Of a stretch of 64,000 bases of DNA, positions 61,745 through 64,000 are shown piece by piece; within the stretch, counting starts at the first letter, position 1, and each line of letters starts with the position of its first letter. The translations under genes were made by a program, and so were the position numbers. The stretch comes from Ginglymostoma cirratum. Lineage: Eukaryota. Location of the stretch: assembly GCA_024137785.1 (NCBI GenBank), contig JAHRHZ010000108.1, positions 2,758,855 to 2,822,854 of the forward strand. The letters run 5' to 3'. The notes beneath the pieces were generated by a model. That model was not told the origin of the DNA and ran no database searches. It saw only the letters and a list, made by a program, of their open reading frames with translations.

Positions 61745-63660
61745 ATTTTTAGCTATTATAGTCAATAAATATTGATTCCCATTCTTTCTTTTAGATAGGG
61801 GTCCTATGCAATCAATCAAGACCCTTGTAAAAGGTTCCTCAAATGTGTGAGTGGGTACTAAAGGTGCTGGCTTTTATCACTGCTCGATATATCTGGCAAA
61901 ACTCAACCACGTCTTTATACAGTCCAGGCCAAAAACAAACAGTCTTTTTGCATTTTGGTTTGAGTTTTCTTTACTCCTAAATGACCTCCTACTGGTAATT
62001 CATGTGCTACCCTCAACACCTCCTTTCTATAACCCACTGGAAATACAACTTGATGGACTTCTGCCCATTTTTCATCTGCCTGGAAATGTAATGGTTTCCA
62101 TCCCTTCATCAAGACTTCATTTCTAAGGTGGTAAAATTCTGGGATACACTCAGGTTCTTCTTCTGTGTATGTGTCTCCTTAAACAACTGCTTTAGGTCTT
62201 CATCTCCTTGTTGTACTTCAACTAACCTCTTTGAAGTAAAAATATCCACTTTGGCCTCCGTCTGTTCTTGTCTTCTTTTCCCAACCATTTGATCAAACAT
62301 TGTTCCTGATAACTGAACCTCAACTTCCCTATCTTTACTCCTTGATTTCTCCTCCTGTTTCAACTTGTGTCTTTGTGACCTTGTTACCACACAGTCAGGA
62401 AAAATCCCAGGATATACTCCCTGTAACATGTCAGTTGTGTGATGTTCCAATGGCTTTTCGACCAGAGTAGGGATCAGTCCCACCTGTGATCCAGCAATAT
62501 CATTACCAAGGATAAACTGTATTTCCGAAACCAGGAATATCTGTATTATTCCTACCACAACTTTGCCACTTTTCACCGGACTCTCCGACCTTGCTTTATA
62601 CAATAGAACATTGCTCTTCTCATCATGAAAGACTGACATGCTCCCATATCACTTAAAATTTTAATTTCTTTACATGCTCGTCCTGGCATATATGAGTAGA
62701 CCTTACCCCCGCAAGTAAATTCTTTAAAGAGATCTGGCATCTTCTTCTCAACCAACGTTCTGATCACGAAGTACATTCTGGTGCAGCTTTTTAGGTTCCA
62801 CTGTGTTTTCCTTCACCACTTCAACAAAATTCACTGGTTGATCCTGTTTTGCCACTTTCGTCTTCCCAGTGCTTTTTTAAACCACCAGCACCGCGATTTC
62901 ATGTGGCCTAATTTATTACAGTGAAAACACGTGAGTTTTTTTTACTTCTGTTTCCTCTCTGCTCTTCCACATTAGTTCTCACTACTTCAGGGAGTGAAGC
63001 TTTGGACTCCTCCAAAATAATCATCTCTCTAAGAGCGCAAAATGTCTGATCTATTGTTAATGCCCATATCCACCTATCAGAGTTACTTTGTCTGATCCTT
63101 TCAAACTCAATGCATGTCAGACCAGGTTCCCTTCCTAGAATCCAGAAACATTGTCTGTAGGCTTCTGGCACTGGCTTATTTGTCGTTAAGTTGGCTTCTT
63201 TTTTAACCTCATTATCCTCCTCAGATGCCTCCTCTGATAGTGATGTGAATACCTCACTAGCTCTACCTACCAACTTTGCTTGGATCAATGATACCCACAT
63301 GGTCACCGGCCATTTCATTTATTTAGCCACTTCCTCAAATGAAATGAAAAAGTCTTCTGCGTACTTCTTGTTGAACTTTGGAAATGCTTGGACATATTTA
63401 AACAGATTCCCACCAGGCCTTAGGCTACAATGGGATGACTCTCCGCCACTGTCCTCATCACTATCACTACCTTCCACCTCTCCCTTCAACACTTTAAGTG
63501 AACTCTGAGTTTTCAGTTCCAACCTCCGAAGTTTACAAACTTTCTTTCTCCCTTTGTTTTACTTTCAATTGGAACTCAAACTATTGCGCTTCCTTTTCAT
63601 GTTTGAGCTACTTCATTTGTAGTTGAAATTTAGCCATTTCCAAAGATTCTGATGGAATTT
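61745..63660 (-). mobile_element. Second Gmr1-type Gypsy remnant, opposite orientation
   Basis: AEDFFISFEEVA..MKWP..WVSLIQ (gag), ILSDMGA (protease), AHELPVGGHLGVKKT and PFTRVLIDCIGPL (integrase). Confidence 0.82.
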
Positions 63661-63779
63661 CTGGAGATTCTGATGCTGGAGTCTGAGATAACACAGTGTG
63701 GAGCTGGAGGGACTCAGCAGGCCAGGTAGTTTCAGAGGAGTAGGAAAGTTGAAGTTTTAGGTCGGGACAAATCAGCCTT

Positions 63780-63975
63780 CCATTCATTGACCGGATCTAT
63801 ACTTCCCACTGCCTTGGGAAAGTAACCAACGTAATCAAAGACCCCTCCCATCCCAGTTATACTCTCTTCCACCCTCTTCCATCAGGCAGAAGATATAAAA
63901 GTTTGAATAGATGTACAAATAGATCCAGGAATAGCTTCTTCCCTGCTGTTATCAGACTTTTGAGCAGACCTCTCA
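63780..63975 (+). mobile_element. Rex1/Babar-like LINE 3' end
   Basis: DPSHPSYTLFHPLPSGRRYKSL..TNRSRNSFFPAVIRLL is typical of the Rex1 C-terminus. Confidence 0.7.
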
Positions 63976-64000
63976 AATGTTAATTCTGGGCTTTGTCTGT

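Overview
Vertebrate genomic DNA, most likely a cartilaginous fish/shark (inferred from HE1-type tRNA SINEs, CR1/HER1-like LINEs, Neptune-type Penelope elements and GPR139-like genes). The window holds two intact paralogous two-exon class A GPCR genes of the GPR139/GPR142-like group (+ strand; each has a 70-nt and a 911-nt coding exon, 326 aa, with matching TATA promoters). Between them lies one TCR-alpha/delta-like V segment with a perfect 23-bp-spacer RSS. The rest is mostly transposon debris: SINEs, CR1/L2/Tx1/Rex1 LINE fragments and two Gmr1-type Gypsy remnants. The most striking hidden structure is more than 20 short Penelope-derived elements from at least three families. Their termini carry minimal hammerhead ribozyme cores with family-specific covarying stem II, and many form asymmetric hairpins with 9-15 bp TSDs. 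In one copy a 24-bp tandem array ends exactly at the predicted self-cleavage site. An AT-rich but CpG-undepleted domain of about 15 kb (27.5-42.3 kb) contains the V segment and many of these elements. All calls are by eye; no database searches were run.
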